Assembly: GCA_965242505.1 (NCBI GenBank)
Contig: OZ251449.1
Coordinates: 1,708,199-1,772,198, forward strand
Reading direction: 5' to 3'
DNA: 64,000 nt
Source: Alphaproteobacteria bacterium
GTDB lineage: Bacteria; Pseudomonadota; Alphaproteobacteria; UBA2966
A program made the translations under genes and the position numbers. A model generated the notes under the pieces. It searched no databases, was not told where the DNA came from, and saw only the letters and a program-made list of their open reading frames with translations. This document shows positions 34,212 to 43,123 of this stretch, piece by piece. Position 1 is the stretch's first letter, and each line of letters opens with the position of its first letter.

Positions 34212-34628
34212 ATGGGCGAACAGACGAGTGCGGAGAAGATCGTCAAGACCGACGACGAGTGGCGGGCGCAGCTCTCGCCCGAACAGTATCGCGTCACCCG
34301 CCGGCACGGTACGGAGCAGCCGTTCTCGGGCGAGTACGACGGCTGCAAGGACCCCGGCGTCTACGTCTGCGTCTGCTGCGGCAATCCGCTGTTCTCGTCC
34401 GAGACCAAGTTCGATTCCGGCACCGGCTGGCCCAGCTTCCATTCGCCACTCGACGCCGTCAGCGTCGAGACCCGGAGCGACTGGAGCCTTTTCATGCGGC
34501 GCACCGAGGTGCATTGCGCCCGCTGCGACGCCCATCTCGGCCATGTCTTTCCCGACGGCCCGGCGCCGACCGGCCAGCGCTACTGCATGAACTCGGTGTC
34601 GCTCGATCTGCGGCGGAAGGCGGAGTGA
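34212..34628 (+). CDS. msrB: Peptide-methionine (R)-S-oxide reductase
   Basis: [35 protein letters not shown]; two CxxC. Confidence 0.96.
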   Translation: MGEQTSAEKIVKTDDEWRAQLSPEQYRVTRRHGTEQPFSGEYDGCKDPGVYVCVCCGNPLFSSETKFDSGTGWPSFHSPLDAVSVETRSDWSLFMRRTEVHCARCDAHLGHVFPDGPAPTGQRYCMNSVSLDLRRKAE

Positions 34629-35203
34629 GCGGCCGCGCCGACGACCGTTGCTGGATTTTCGGCTATGGCTCGCTGCTGTGGCGGCCGGGCTTCCCGTTCA
34701 TCGAGCGTCGGCCGGCCGCGGTCGAGGGCTGGGCGCGGCGGTTCTGGCAGGGTTCGACCGATCACCGCGGGACGCCCGGCGCGCCGGGCCGCGTCCTCAC
34801 CCTCGTCCCCGAACCGGGCGCGCTGTGCCGGGGCGTCGCCTACCGCCTCGACCGCGAGGCCGTCTCCGGCGTCATCGACGGCCTGGAAGTCCGCGAGAAG
34901 GGCGGCTATAGGCGCCGGCGGGCGCGGTTGATCTTCCCCGACGCCGAATCCGCGACCGGCTGGATCTACGTCGCGGCGCCCGGAAACCCCGACTATCTCG
35001 GGCCGGCGGCGCTGGACGAGATCGCCGGCCAGGTGCAGCGCTCACGCGGGCCGAGCGGGGATAACGTCGAATACGTTCTGGAGCTCGCCCGGTCGCTCCG
35101 CGACATGGGCGCTGAGGACGCGCATGTGTTCGCGCTCGAAGCGCTGCTGCGCGCGCCTCCGCCGCCGGGGACGAGGCCCGAGGGGGGTCGCGGTCTTTTC
35201 TGA
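34625..35203 (+). CDS. chaC: ChaC-family gamma-glutamylcyclotransferase
   Basis: [44 protein letters not shown]; GTGA overlap with the msrB stop. Confidence 0.9.
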   Translation: MSGRADDRCWIFGYGSLLWRPGFPFIERRPAAVEGWARRFWQGSTDHRGTPGAPGRVLTLVPEPGALCRGVAYRLDREAVSGVIDGLEVREKGGYRRRRARLIFPDAESATGWIYVAAPGNPDYLGPAALDEIAGQVQRSRGPSGDNVEYVLELARSLRDMGAEDAHVFALEALLRAPPPPGTRPEGGRGLF

Positions 35204-35281
35204 AAAGCGCAACGCTACGCTTGACAGTCGGCGCGCTGGCCCCGTATATCGACGGATGCGCGAATCGAAGAGGAGGAAGCG

Positions 35282-35572
35282 ATGAAACTCGCAAGACCGA
35301 AACACAGAGGCGTCAGGCGTTTGATCGAGGATAGAGGCGCGTCGGGCCTGCCCGCCGCGAGCCTCGATAAAATAACGAAAATACTGGCGTTTCTACAGAA
35401 CATGGGAGATGTGGATGAACTGCGTGACCTGCCGCATTGGAATCCGCATCGTCTGAAAGGAGACCGAGAGGAGGTATGGAGCCTCTCCGTAACCGGAAAC
35501 TACCGCATCACCTTCCGGGTCAACCGGGAGAAAGGAGAAATCGTCGATCTCGACCTCGAGGACTATCATTGA
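35282..35572 (+). CDS. higB: HigB/RelE-family toxin
   Basis: KHRGVRRL, HRLKGDR, WSLSVTGNYRITF, DLDLEDYH; toxin upstream of antitoxin. Confidence 0.88.
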   Translation: MKLARPKHRGVRRLIEDRGASGLPAASLDKITKILAFLQNMGDVDELRDLPHWNPHRLKGDREEVWSLSVTGNYRITFRVNREKGEIVDLDLEDYH

Positions 35573-35598
35573 CAACTCAAATCGGAGAAATCAACAAA

Positions 35599-35925
35599 AT
35601 GAACACCGGCGAGGGCTACAAGCTGCGGAACCCGCCTCATCCGGGCGGATTCGTCAAGACCGAGATCGTCGAACCGAACGGGCTTTCCGTGACCGGGGCG
35701 GCGGCCGCGCTCGGAGTCACGCGCGCGGCCCTCTCGGCGTTGCTGAACGGGCGTTCGGCGCTGTCTTCGGAAATGGCGCTGCGCATCGAGAAGGCGTTCG
35801 GCGTCCGCATGGACACGCTCATGCGGATGCAGAACAGCTACGACATCGCCCGTGCGCGCCAGCGGGAGGGCGAGATCCGGGTCGAACGTTTCGCGGGCGG
35901 TCCCCCACCCGTCAATCCGGCTTGA
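35599..35925 (+). CDS. higA: HigA-family HTH antitoxin
   Basis: PPHPGGFV, AAAALGVTRAALSALLNG, EMALRIEKAFG, MQNSYD. Confidence 0.9.
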   Translation: MNTGEGYKLRNPPHPGGFVKTEIVEPNGLSVTGAAAALGVTRAALSALLNGRSALSSEMALRIEKAFGVRMDTLMRMQNSYDIARARQREGEIRVERFAGGPPPVNPA

Positions 35926-36065
35926 GCAGTTCGCGGGCATTGCCTGCGAACACGGCTTGGCGTTCGGCGTCGGATATGTCGAGCGCCTCGATCGCGCCGC
36001 CGATGACGCAGCCTCCACCCGTCGGGTCGAACGGGACGTCGGTCGCGAACAGGCTCCGGTCGGCG
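35912..36065 (-). pseudogene. C-terminal remnant of an amidohydrolase-family gene
   Basis: Minus-strand RSLFATDVPFDPTGGGCVIGGAIEALDISDAERQAVFAGNARELLKPD* resembles the LF(G/A)TDxP...GNAxRL end of amidohydrolases; no 5' part. Confidence 0.6.
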
Positions 36066-36179
36066 CCGTCGGCGCGCGCTACGTCAACAGCCGGGACATC
36101 GCCGGGACGACCTACGGCCGCGTGGTCCTGGGCCTCGACCCCATCACACCCGGCGATCTGACGGCGGAGTCCTCGGCGC

Positions 36180-36935
36180 TCACGCGCCCGCGCCCCGGCG
36201 CCGGAAGATCGCCCGCGTCGTCGCCGCCGAGACGGCGAAGCAGACCACCAGGACCGGCCCCGCCGGCAGGTCGGCGGCGGTCGAGACGGCGATTCCCGCC
36301 GCGACCGCCGACGCCCCGCTCGCCAGCGCTCGCCCCAGCGCGTAATCCGCGCCGGAACGCGCCGCGAGCGCCGGCAGGATCAGGCTCGCGAAGACCACGT
36401 ACACCCCCACCAGCTGGACCGATCCCGTGACGACGAGCGCGAACGAGACGAAGAACCCCATCCCGCTTCGCGCGCCCGGAACGGCGAGACGCAGGAGGAG
36501 CACAGCGGCGTAGATCGGCGCGAACATGGCGATGTCGCGCCACGACACGAACAGAATCTGCCCCGAAAGAACGCTCCGCAGCTCCTCGCCGCCATGCGGG
36601 TCGCCCGTCAGCGCCAGCAGAGCCAAGGAAGCGGCGACGACGAAAGCGCCGCCGATCACCGCCTCCTGTTCGGCTGGCGCGGCGCGTTCGATCCGGCGAA
36701 AGAACAGCGCCGCCGCGACCCCGGCGCCGAACGCCGCCGCCTGCCGCGCCATCCACGACGGCTCCTCCAGCCACAGGCCGAGCAGGATGAGCGCGAGTCC
36801 CACGACCTGCGCCGTCGCCAGATCGATGAACACGATCCCGCGCCGCAGGACCTCGATCCCGAACGGCGCGTGGACCGCGGCGGCGAGCAGCCCCGCCGCC
36901 AGCGCGGGCGCCACGATGTCGAGGACGTCAGTCAG
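36180..36935 (-). CDS. Metal ABC transporter permease (ZnuB/ABC-3-like)
   Basis: HAPFGIEVLRRGIVFIDLA, GQILFV, VQLVGVYVVFASLILPA; start uncertain (CTG overlapping the upstream stop at 36935, or GTG at 36914). Confidence 0.85.
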   Translation of the reverse strand: MTDVLDIVAPALAAGLLAAAVHAPFGIEVLRRGIVFIDLATAQVVGLALILLGLWLEEPSWMARQAAAFGAGVAAALFFRRIERAAPAEQEAVIGGAFVVAASLALLALTGDPHGGEELRSVLSGQILFVSWRDIAMFAPIYAAVLLLRLAVPGARSGMGFFVSFALVVTGSVQLVGVYVVFASLILPALAARSGADYALGRALASGASAVAAGIAVSTAADLPAGPVLVVCFAVSAATTRAIFRRRGAGA

Positions 36936-37861
36936 GGACGATCCCCGATCTCCTCCAACGACGCGAGCAGGGCGTCGAACAGGTCGAACAGGTCGTCGAC
37001 GCCCTCGCGCCCGCCGACCGTGAACGGCGGCGCCACCACCGGAAGCCCGGTCCGTTCCGCCAGCCAGTCCGCCGCGTCCGCGGTGTCGTACGGCGCCAGG
37101 AGGATCGCCCTGGCGCCCGTCTCCTCCACCCGTTCGAGAACCCGCGCCAGATGGCTCGCGGTCGGCGGCGCGCCGGGGACCGGCTCCAACGCCGCCGCGC
37201 GCTCCAGACCCGCCCAGTGCAGGAGGTGCGCCCAGGACTCGTGATGGACGACGACCGGCATGCCGGCGAGGCGGTCGGCGCGCGCCCGCCATTCCGTCAT
37301 CGCCCGGCGCCAGCGCGCCGCGAAGGAGTCGCGCCGGCCGCCATAGGCGGCGGCGTTCTCCGGATCGATGAGCGCCAGCCGCTCCGCCAGCACGTCGGCG
37401 AGAACCGCCAGGTTGCGCGGGTCGAGGTGGAAATGCGGGTTCCCGCCCGGGTGCGAATCGCCCAGGGCGCGGTCGAGCGTTTCGGGCCGGTCCAGCGCCT
37501 CGAGATGGTCCGCCGCCATGACATGCCCCGGCTGCCCGCGCTGAACCGCCAGCGGCGCCCCACGCTCCAACAGGACGGGGAGCCAGCCGGCCTCCAGGTC
37601 GGCGCCGGAGCAGACCAGCAGGTCGGCGCGGCGCATCCAGGCGATCAGGCTCGGCCGCGCCCGGATATGATGCGGGTCCTGATGGGCGGTCGTCGCCGAC
37701 CGGACGGCGACGTCCTCGCCGCCGACCTCCCGGGCGAGCGCCGCCCATTCGGGCTCGCACGCGAAGACGCGGACTTCCGCCGCAGCGGGGACGGCCAGCG
37801 CCGCCCCCGCCACGACACTCGCGATGGCGGCGAGGGCCACCGGCGAACGCTTGCCTTTCAT
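36932..37861 (-). CDS. Metal ABC transporter substrate-binding protein (ZnuA/TroA cluster A-I)
   Basis: Signal peptide, QDPHHI, GADLEAGWL, HPGGNPHFHLDP, VVHH, LEPVPG. Confidence 0.9.
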   Translation of the reverse strand: MKGKRSPVALAAIASVVAGAALAVPAAAEVRVFACEPEWAALAREVGGEDVAVRSATTAHQDPHHIRARPSLIAWMRRADLLVCSGADLEAGWLPVLLERGAPLAVQRGQPGHVMAADHLEALDRPETLDRALGDSHPGGNPHFHLDPRNLAVLADVLAERLALIDPENAAAYGGRRDSFAARWRRAMTEWRARADRLAGMPVVVHHESWAHLLHWAGLERAAALEPVPGAPPTASHLARVLERVEETGARAILLAPYDTADAADWLAERTGLPVVAPPFTVGGREGVDDLFDLFDALLASLEEIGDRP

Positions 37862-37873
37862 CGCGTGTCCTCC

Positions 37874-39391
37874 TCAGAACGCGTGCGCGGCGTGCGCGCC
37901 GAGACTCATGACGTATTGCAGAATGAACTGGTCGTCATGATCGTCGTCGGCGAACGCCTCGCGGTTGTACTGTGCGCGGATGCGCCCGAACTCGCTGTTC
38001 GTCCAGTCGCCCATGACCGCGATGGCGTAAGGGGAGTGGGCGCTCTCCGCCGAGTCCGGCGGCTCAAGCTGGGCGTAGCGCGCGCCCACGCGCCAGCGCG
38101 GCAGGAACTTGTAGACCGCCTGCGCATACCAACCCGAGTTGGAACCGTCGAGCCGTTCGCTGTGCGTCTCTTCCTCGTCGCCGGTCAGGACGTAAACCCC
38201 CTCCTCCCTCAGGCGGAAATACTCCCCCTGGAGGATGAGCTCGCTTTCACGCGGTTTGCCCGTGGGCGCCCACGTGTAGCGGATGTCGGCGCCCCAGAGC
38301 CGCCCGTCGCCGGTGAACGCGCCGCCGGTCAGGAAGTCGGCATGTGCGAACTCCTCGTGTTCGTCCTCTCCGTGCTCGTCGTCCTCATGCTCCCCGGCGT
38401 GGTCGTCGTGTTCGTCGTGTTCATCCTCTTCGTGCTCGTGCTCCCCGGCGTGTTCGTCCTCTCCGTGCTCGTCGTCCTCATGCTCCCCGGCGTGGTCGTG
38501 GTCGTGGCCGCCGCCGGCGCGGTCGCGCGACGCGCCGTCGAGCACGTAGGCGCCGATGCGCCACGCCGAATTCGCGCCGATTTCGCCGCCGATCCGGGCC
38601 CAGCCCGAGATCGCGTCGACGCCGTCTTCCGGCCCGCCGAACGGCAGATCGTCGCCACGAAAGACTCCGCCGCCGGCCTCGGCGTACAAGTCCGTGGGCA
38701 GGACCCACGAAAACTCCACGCCGTCGTCGTTCCAGTGATTGTCCACATAGACCCGGTAAGGCAGCGGTCGGTCGGCGAAATCGTCGCCATGCGCGTGCAG
38801 TTCGTTCAGGTAGCCCAGAGTCCACAACGCGCGCCCGGCCTTGATCCGCAGCCCGTCGGGCAATCCGGCGCCGGGCAGGGTGCGAATATAAGCTTCCTCC
38901 AGATCGAGTTCGGTCGTCCCGCCATGCGCGCCGATCCCGAGCGTGAGCGCGCCGTGGAACTTGTCGTCGACGTTGCTCGACAAGGTAACTTCGGTGTGCC
39001 CCAGGCTCAGGCCCTCGTCGCCGCGCTCTCCGTGATGGCCGAGCCGGAAGCCGGGGATATCCGATTCGTCGGCGGAAAACGCCGCGGCCCGTCCGTCGAG
39101 GACGACGCCGATCGCCGGGTTGAAGGCGTTGTCGGTCGTCGCGGCACGGCGCTGCGCTGGCGCCGCCGGGGGCGCGGCGGATTGCGCCCGGATCTCGGCG
39201 AGCTGCTTCTCGAGCGCGCGGATGCGCTCTTCGTATTCGCTTCGCAGCGCCTGGATTTCGTCCGCCAGCCGGGCCGCCGTTTCGGCCTGCGCCCGCGCCC
39301 GATCCGGGGCGAGAAGGAACGCCGCCGCCAGCAGCAGGGAGGCGACCAGGGCGAGCGCCCCGCCATTCCGCGCAACCACTGAACTCGTCAT
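37874..39391 (-). CDS. Outer-membrane beta-barrel/porin-like metal uptake protein with His/acid-rich loop
   Basis: Signal peptide, N-terminal coiled coil, FNPAIGVVLDG, LNELHAHGDDFADRP, C-terminal SLGAHAAHAF; first gene of the metal ABC cluster. Confidence 0.8.
   Translation of the reverse strand: MTSSVVARNGGALALVASLLLAAAFLLAPDRARAQAETAARLADEIQALRSEYEERIRALEKQLAEIRAQSAAPPAAPAQRRAATTDNAFNPAIGVVLDGRAAAFSADESDIPGFRLGHHGERGDEGLSLGHTEVTLSSNVDDKFHGALTLGIGAHGGTTELDLEEAYIRTLPGAGLPDGLRIKAGRALWTLGYLNELHAHGDDFADRPLPYRVYVDNHWNDDGVEFSWVLPTDLYAEAGGGVFRGDDLPFGGPEDGVDAISGWARIGGEIGANSAWRIGAYVLDGASRDRAGGGHDHDHAGEHEDDEHGEDEHAGEHEHEEDEHDEHDDHAGEHEDDEHGEDEHEEFAHADFLTGGAFTGDGRLWGADIRYTWAPTGKPRESELILQGEYFRLREEGVYVLTGDEEETHSERLDGSNSGWYAQAVYKFLPRWRVGARYAQLEPPDSAESAHSPYAIAVMGDWTNSEFGRIRAQYNREAFADDDHDDQFILQYVMSLGAHAAHAF
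38356..38499. repeat. Intragenic 51-bp direct repeat (93-bp period) encoding His/Glu/Asp-rich tract
   Basis: 38356-38406 and 38449-38499 identical; encodes DHAGEHEDDEHGEDEH. Confidence 0.9.
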
Positions 39392-39462
39392 GAGAGAATA
39401 CCTCGCTCGCTATGCCGTAATGACAACAAGCCCTCGCCTCCATCAGGCGCGGGGTCATATGA

Positions 39463-39479
39463 ACGATATAACGTAACGT
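39463..39479. promoter_or_regulatory. Putative Zur box
   Basis: ACGATATAACGTAACGT, an AT-rich imperfect palindrome resembling the proteobacterial Zur consensus (ATGTTATnnTATAACAT-type), about 70 bp upstream of the metal uptake cluster. Confidence 0.55.
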
Positions 39480-39670
39480 TCAAGTCTGTCAACTCGCTTC
39501 CGTCAGGCGCGATTCGTTGACGGAAGCGTTTGATGGTAGTCTGCGCCCATGCGAGGCGGGCTCGGCGCGGCTGACGTGATCGACGGGACCGCTCGTTTCC
39601 ATATGCATCGACGCGCCCGCGCGCATCGCGGCGACCGGTTCGCGGCCGCAGGGCGCTCGGCGCGGTCAGG

Positions 39671-42574
39671 ATGATCGAAGTGCCACGCACCAGCGAAGTC
39701 ACGTTCAACGGCCACTTCGCCGAAGTTCTGCGCGGCAAGCACCCCTTGTGGAGGGAACATCTAGGCGTCGAACAGACGGGCGTCTTTCCCGACGACCCCC
39801 GCTTGCAACCCGATATTCTCGTCCGGGCGCCGAACGCGCAGCCCGTCGTCGTCGAAACCGAATATGCGCCAGCGGCCACCGTCGAGAGCGACGCCAGGGC
39901 CCGGCTCGGCAAACAGCCGCTGGCATCCGCCGAGCCGATCGAACAGGCCATCGCCGTCCGCATCCCGGCTTCCCTTCGGCGCGGTCAGGCCGACCTCGCC
40001 GGACGCATCGCCGCCGCCGACTTCGATTACTGCGTGTTCTCGGGCGATCCGTTGGCGCCCCGACGCTGGCCCGAGACGGGGTGGCTCACGGGCGGCATCG
40101 ACCACATCGCCCGGTGCATCGAGCACGCGATGGTGTCGCAACGCCTCGTCGACAGAGGCATGTCGATACTCGAAAACGGCGTGCGCATCGCCACCAGGGC
40201 CATCCAGGACGCAGTCACGCTCGGCTTCCCGGACGTCGAGCGCAATTTCGGACGCATCCTCAACCAGCGCGGCGGCGAACAGACGAACCGCATGGCGATG
40301 ACCATCATCGCCAATGCGCTGACGTTCCACACGATGATCACCGGCGCGCACGCCGTCCCGCCGGTCGCGCAACTCCGCGACGCTTCGCGAACGTCCTTCC
40401 AGATGGAGCTTCTGTTCGCATGGCGAGACATTCTCGACGAGATCAACTACTGGCCGATCTTCAAGGTCGCGTCCGACCTCCTCGCCACGGTCCGTTCCGA
40501 CACGGCGCGGCGCATTCTCGCCGTCCTCGCCGACGCCGCGGAACAACTCTCCCATATCGGCGCGACGACGCGCCACGACCTGGCGGGCAGGATGTTCCAG
40601 AACCTGATCGTCGACCGGAAATTCCTGGCGACCTTCTACACCCTGCCGACCAGCGCCACCCTGCTCGCGGAACTCGCCACGGCCCGCCTGGACGCCGACT
40701 GGAACGATCTCGCCGCCTATCCGAACCTCACCATCGCCGACCTTTCCTGCGGCACGGGCACGCTCCTCTCCGCCGCCTACCACGCCGTTCTCGGCAGATA
40801 CCGCCACGCCGGCGGAGACGACAGCGAGATCCACCGCCGGATGATCGAGCGTTCCATCGTCGCGGCCGACATCATGCCCGCCGCCGCGCACCTCTGCGCC
40901 TCGCAGTTGTCGAGCGTCCATCCGTCCGAGATCTTCGACAACACCCGCGTCTACACGATGCCCTATGGGGTCGGCGCCGGCGAGGAACGCGACCGCGGCG
41001 TCGCCGTCGGCTCCCTCGATCTGATCGTCGCGGCGCAGACGCGCTCCCTGTTCGCCACCGGACAGCGGCAGGCGAGCGGTAGCCAAGGCGACATGGACGT
41101 ACAGGACGTCGAGCTGCCCCACGAGTCGGTCGATCTGGTGATCATGAACCCGCCCTTCACCCGTCCGACCAATCACGAAACCGCCGAGGTTCCCGTCCCG
41201 TCCTTCGCCGGCTTCCGCACCACCGAGGACGAGCAACGGGCGATGTCCGACCGCCTCGCGAACATTCGCCGGGAACTGGAAAGTCCGGCCGGCCACGGCA
41301 ACGCCGGACTCGCGTCGAATTTCATCGATCTGGCGCACGCCAAGGCGAAGCCGGACGGCGTGGTGGCGCTGGTCCTGCCCATCGCCGCCATCCAAGGCAT
41401 TTCCTGGCAGGCGGCCCGGAACCTGCTCGCCGCTCGATACAGGGACATCGCGATCGTGACCATCGCCGCTTCCGGCAACATGGACCGCGCGTTCTCGGCC
41501 GACACCGGCATGGCGGAAGCGCTCGTCGTGGCGACGAAGCGGCGCGACCGGAACGGCCCGGCGGGGCCGGTGCTGTTCGTGAACCTTCATCGCCGCCCGG
41601 CCACGATGCTCGAAGCCGCGGAGGTCGCCAAGCTCGTCACACACCTGCCGAAGTCATCCGCGACGGGCCGTCTCCGCGCCGGCGACCAGCCGCTCGGGAG
41701 CTATATCCGCGCGCCGTTGAGCGAGGGCGGGTGCGCGGCCCTGCGCGAATCGGCGCTCGCCGACACGATGATGGCGTTGCGGCGCGGCGAACTGCGGATG
41801 CCGCGGTATGCGGAACGCCATCCCATTCCGATCGTGTCTCTCGGGCGGTTGGGAGAACGTGGCCTGCTGCATCGGGACATAGGCAACAAGAACGATGGAG
41901 GGCCGCCGTTCCGCGGGCCTTTCAAGGTCGTTCCGGTTCAGGGCGCGCCCAGCTATCCGATCCTCTGGGGACACGACGCCGAACGCGAGCGGCGCATGGT
42001 CGTGGAACCGGACAGCGAAGGCGAGACGCGCCCCGACAGCGAAGACCGCGCGATGGTCGCCTGGCGAACCGCCACACGACTCCATTTGACGCTCGATTTT
42101 CAACTCAACTCGCAGAGTCTCGCGGCCTGCCTGACGCGGGAGCGCACGCTCGGCGGCAGCGCATGGCCGAACTTCCGGCTTCGAGACGAGCGTTGGGACG
42201 AGGTCGTGGCGCTATGGGCCAACTGTACGCTCGGCTTGATGGCCTTCTGGTGGGCGGGTTCGCGTCAACAACAGGGCCGGGCAAGGCTGACGATCTCCGG
42301 CTTGCCGCAGCTGATGGTTCTCGATCCGGGGGCTCTATCCGAAACCGGGCGCGCGCGGGCGGCGGCGATCTTCGCGCAGTTTCGGGATATGACCCTGCTG
42401 CCGGCGAACGAAGCCTATCGCGACGATGTCCGCCAGGCGCTGGACCGCGCCGTCCTCGTCGAGCTTCTCGGGTTACCGGAAGACGTGCTCGAGGCGTTCG
42501 CGAACCTCCGCCTTCAGTGGTGCGACGAACCTTCCGTGCATGGGGGGAAAAGCACTGCGCCCGCGGTGAATTGA
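39671..42574 (+). CDS. Single-chain Type IIG/IIL-like restriction-modification enzyme, copy 1 (967 aa)
   Basis: N-terminal PDILV...VVVETEY nuclease-like motif; TFYT, motif I DLSCGTG, motif IV NPPF (gamma-class amino-MTase order); C-terminal TRD-like region. Confidence 0.82.
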   Translation: MIEVPRTSEVTFNGHFAEVLRGKHPLWREHLGVEQTGVFPDDPRLQPDILVRAPNAQPVVVETEYAPAATVESDARARLGKQPLASAEPIEQAIAVRIPASLRRGQADLAGRIAAADFDYCVFSGDPLAPRRWPETGWLTGGIDHIARCIEHAMVSQRLVDRGMSILENGVRIATRAIQDAVTLGFPDVERNFGRILNQRGGEQTNRMAMTIIANALTFHTMITGAHAVPPVAQLRDASRTSFQMELLFAWRDILDEINYWPIFKVASDLLATVRSDTARRILAVLADAAEQLSHIGATTRHDLAGRMFQNLIVDRKFLATFYTLPTSATLLAELATARLDADWNDLAAYPNLTIADLSCGTGTLLSAAYHAVLGRYRHAGGDDSEIHRRMIERSIVAADIMPAAAHLCASQLSSVHPSEIFDNTRVYTMPYGVGAGEERDRGVAVGSLDLIVAAQTRSLFATGQRQASGSQGDMDVQDVELPHESVDLVIMNPPFTRPTNHETAEVPVPSFAGFRTTEDEQRAMSDRLANIRRELESPAGHGNAGLASNFIDLAHAKAKPDGVVALVLPIAAIQGISWQAARNLLAARYRDIAIVTIAASGNMDRAFSADTGMAEALVVATKRRDRNGPAGPVLFVNLHRRPATMLEAAEVAKLVTHLPKSSATGRLRAGDQPLGSYIRAPLSEGGCAALRESALADTMMALRRGELRMPRYAERHPIPIVSLGRLGERGLLHRDIGNKNDGGPPFRGPFKVVPVQGAPSYPILWGHDAERERRMVVEPDSEGETRPDSEDRAMVAWRTATRLHLTLDFQLNSQSLAACLTRERTLGGSAWPNFRLRDERWDEVVALWANCTLGLMAFWWAGSRQQQGRARLTISGLPQLMVLDPGALSETGRARAAAIFAQFRDMTLLPANEAYRDDVRQALDRAVLVELLGLPEDVLEAFANLRLQWCDEPSVHGGKSTAPAVN

Positions 42575-42606
42575 AGGTCCACTGCGGCTTCGGAATGACC
42601 CCGCGC

Positions 42607-42922
42607 GGGCGTGGTCCTGACGGGCTTCTTCACGGTCACGCTGACCCATGCGCTGACGAACTTCAGCACGCTGCACATCGCGGCGGGCCAGACGTCGATC
42701 ATGATCTACACCATGCCGCTCTGGGCCTTCATCATCGGCATCCCCGCGCTGGGAGAACGGCCCACCCGCGGCCACTGGGCCGGCCTCGCGTTGGGGACCA
42801 GCGGCATGGCCCTGCTGTGGTTGCAGACGGCGGGGGGCGGTATCTCTCCGGGTGTTCTCATCGGATTGGCGGCCGCCGTCTCGTGGGCTTGCGGAACCAT
42901 CGCCGCCAAAAGCGTCTCGGGC
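42607..42922 (+). pseudogene. Internal fragment of the EamA gene carried by the duplication
   Basis: Near-identical to 46360-46675 of the intact EamA gene; lacks its start and 3' half. Confidence 0.9.
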
Positions 42923-43123
42923 AACGTAACGTTCAAGCCTGTCAACTCGCTTCCGTCAGGCGCGATTCGTTGACGGAAGCGTTTGATGGTAGTCTGCGCC
43001 CATGCGAGGCGGGCTCGGCGCGGCTGACGTGATCGACGGGACCGCTCGTTTCCATATGCATCGACGCGCCCGCGCGCATCGCGGCGACCGGTTCGCGGCC
43101 GCAGGGCGCTCGGCGCGGTCAGG

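Noticed and set aside
38356-38510. CRISPR-like periodic repeat
   Set aside because: In-frame coding repeat of a His-rich loop; no unique spacers or cas genes. No CRISPR array was seen anywhere in the window.
42611-42973. 120-aa ORF as an independent membrane protein
   Set aside because: It is the eamA fragment reading across the duplication junction.
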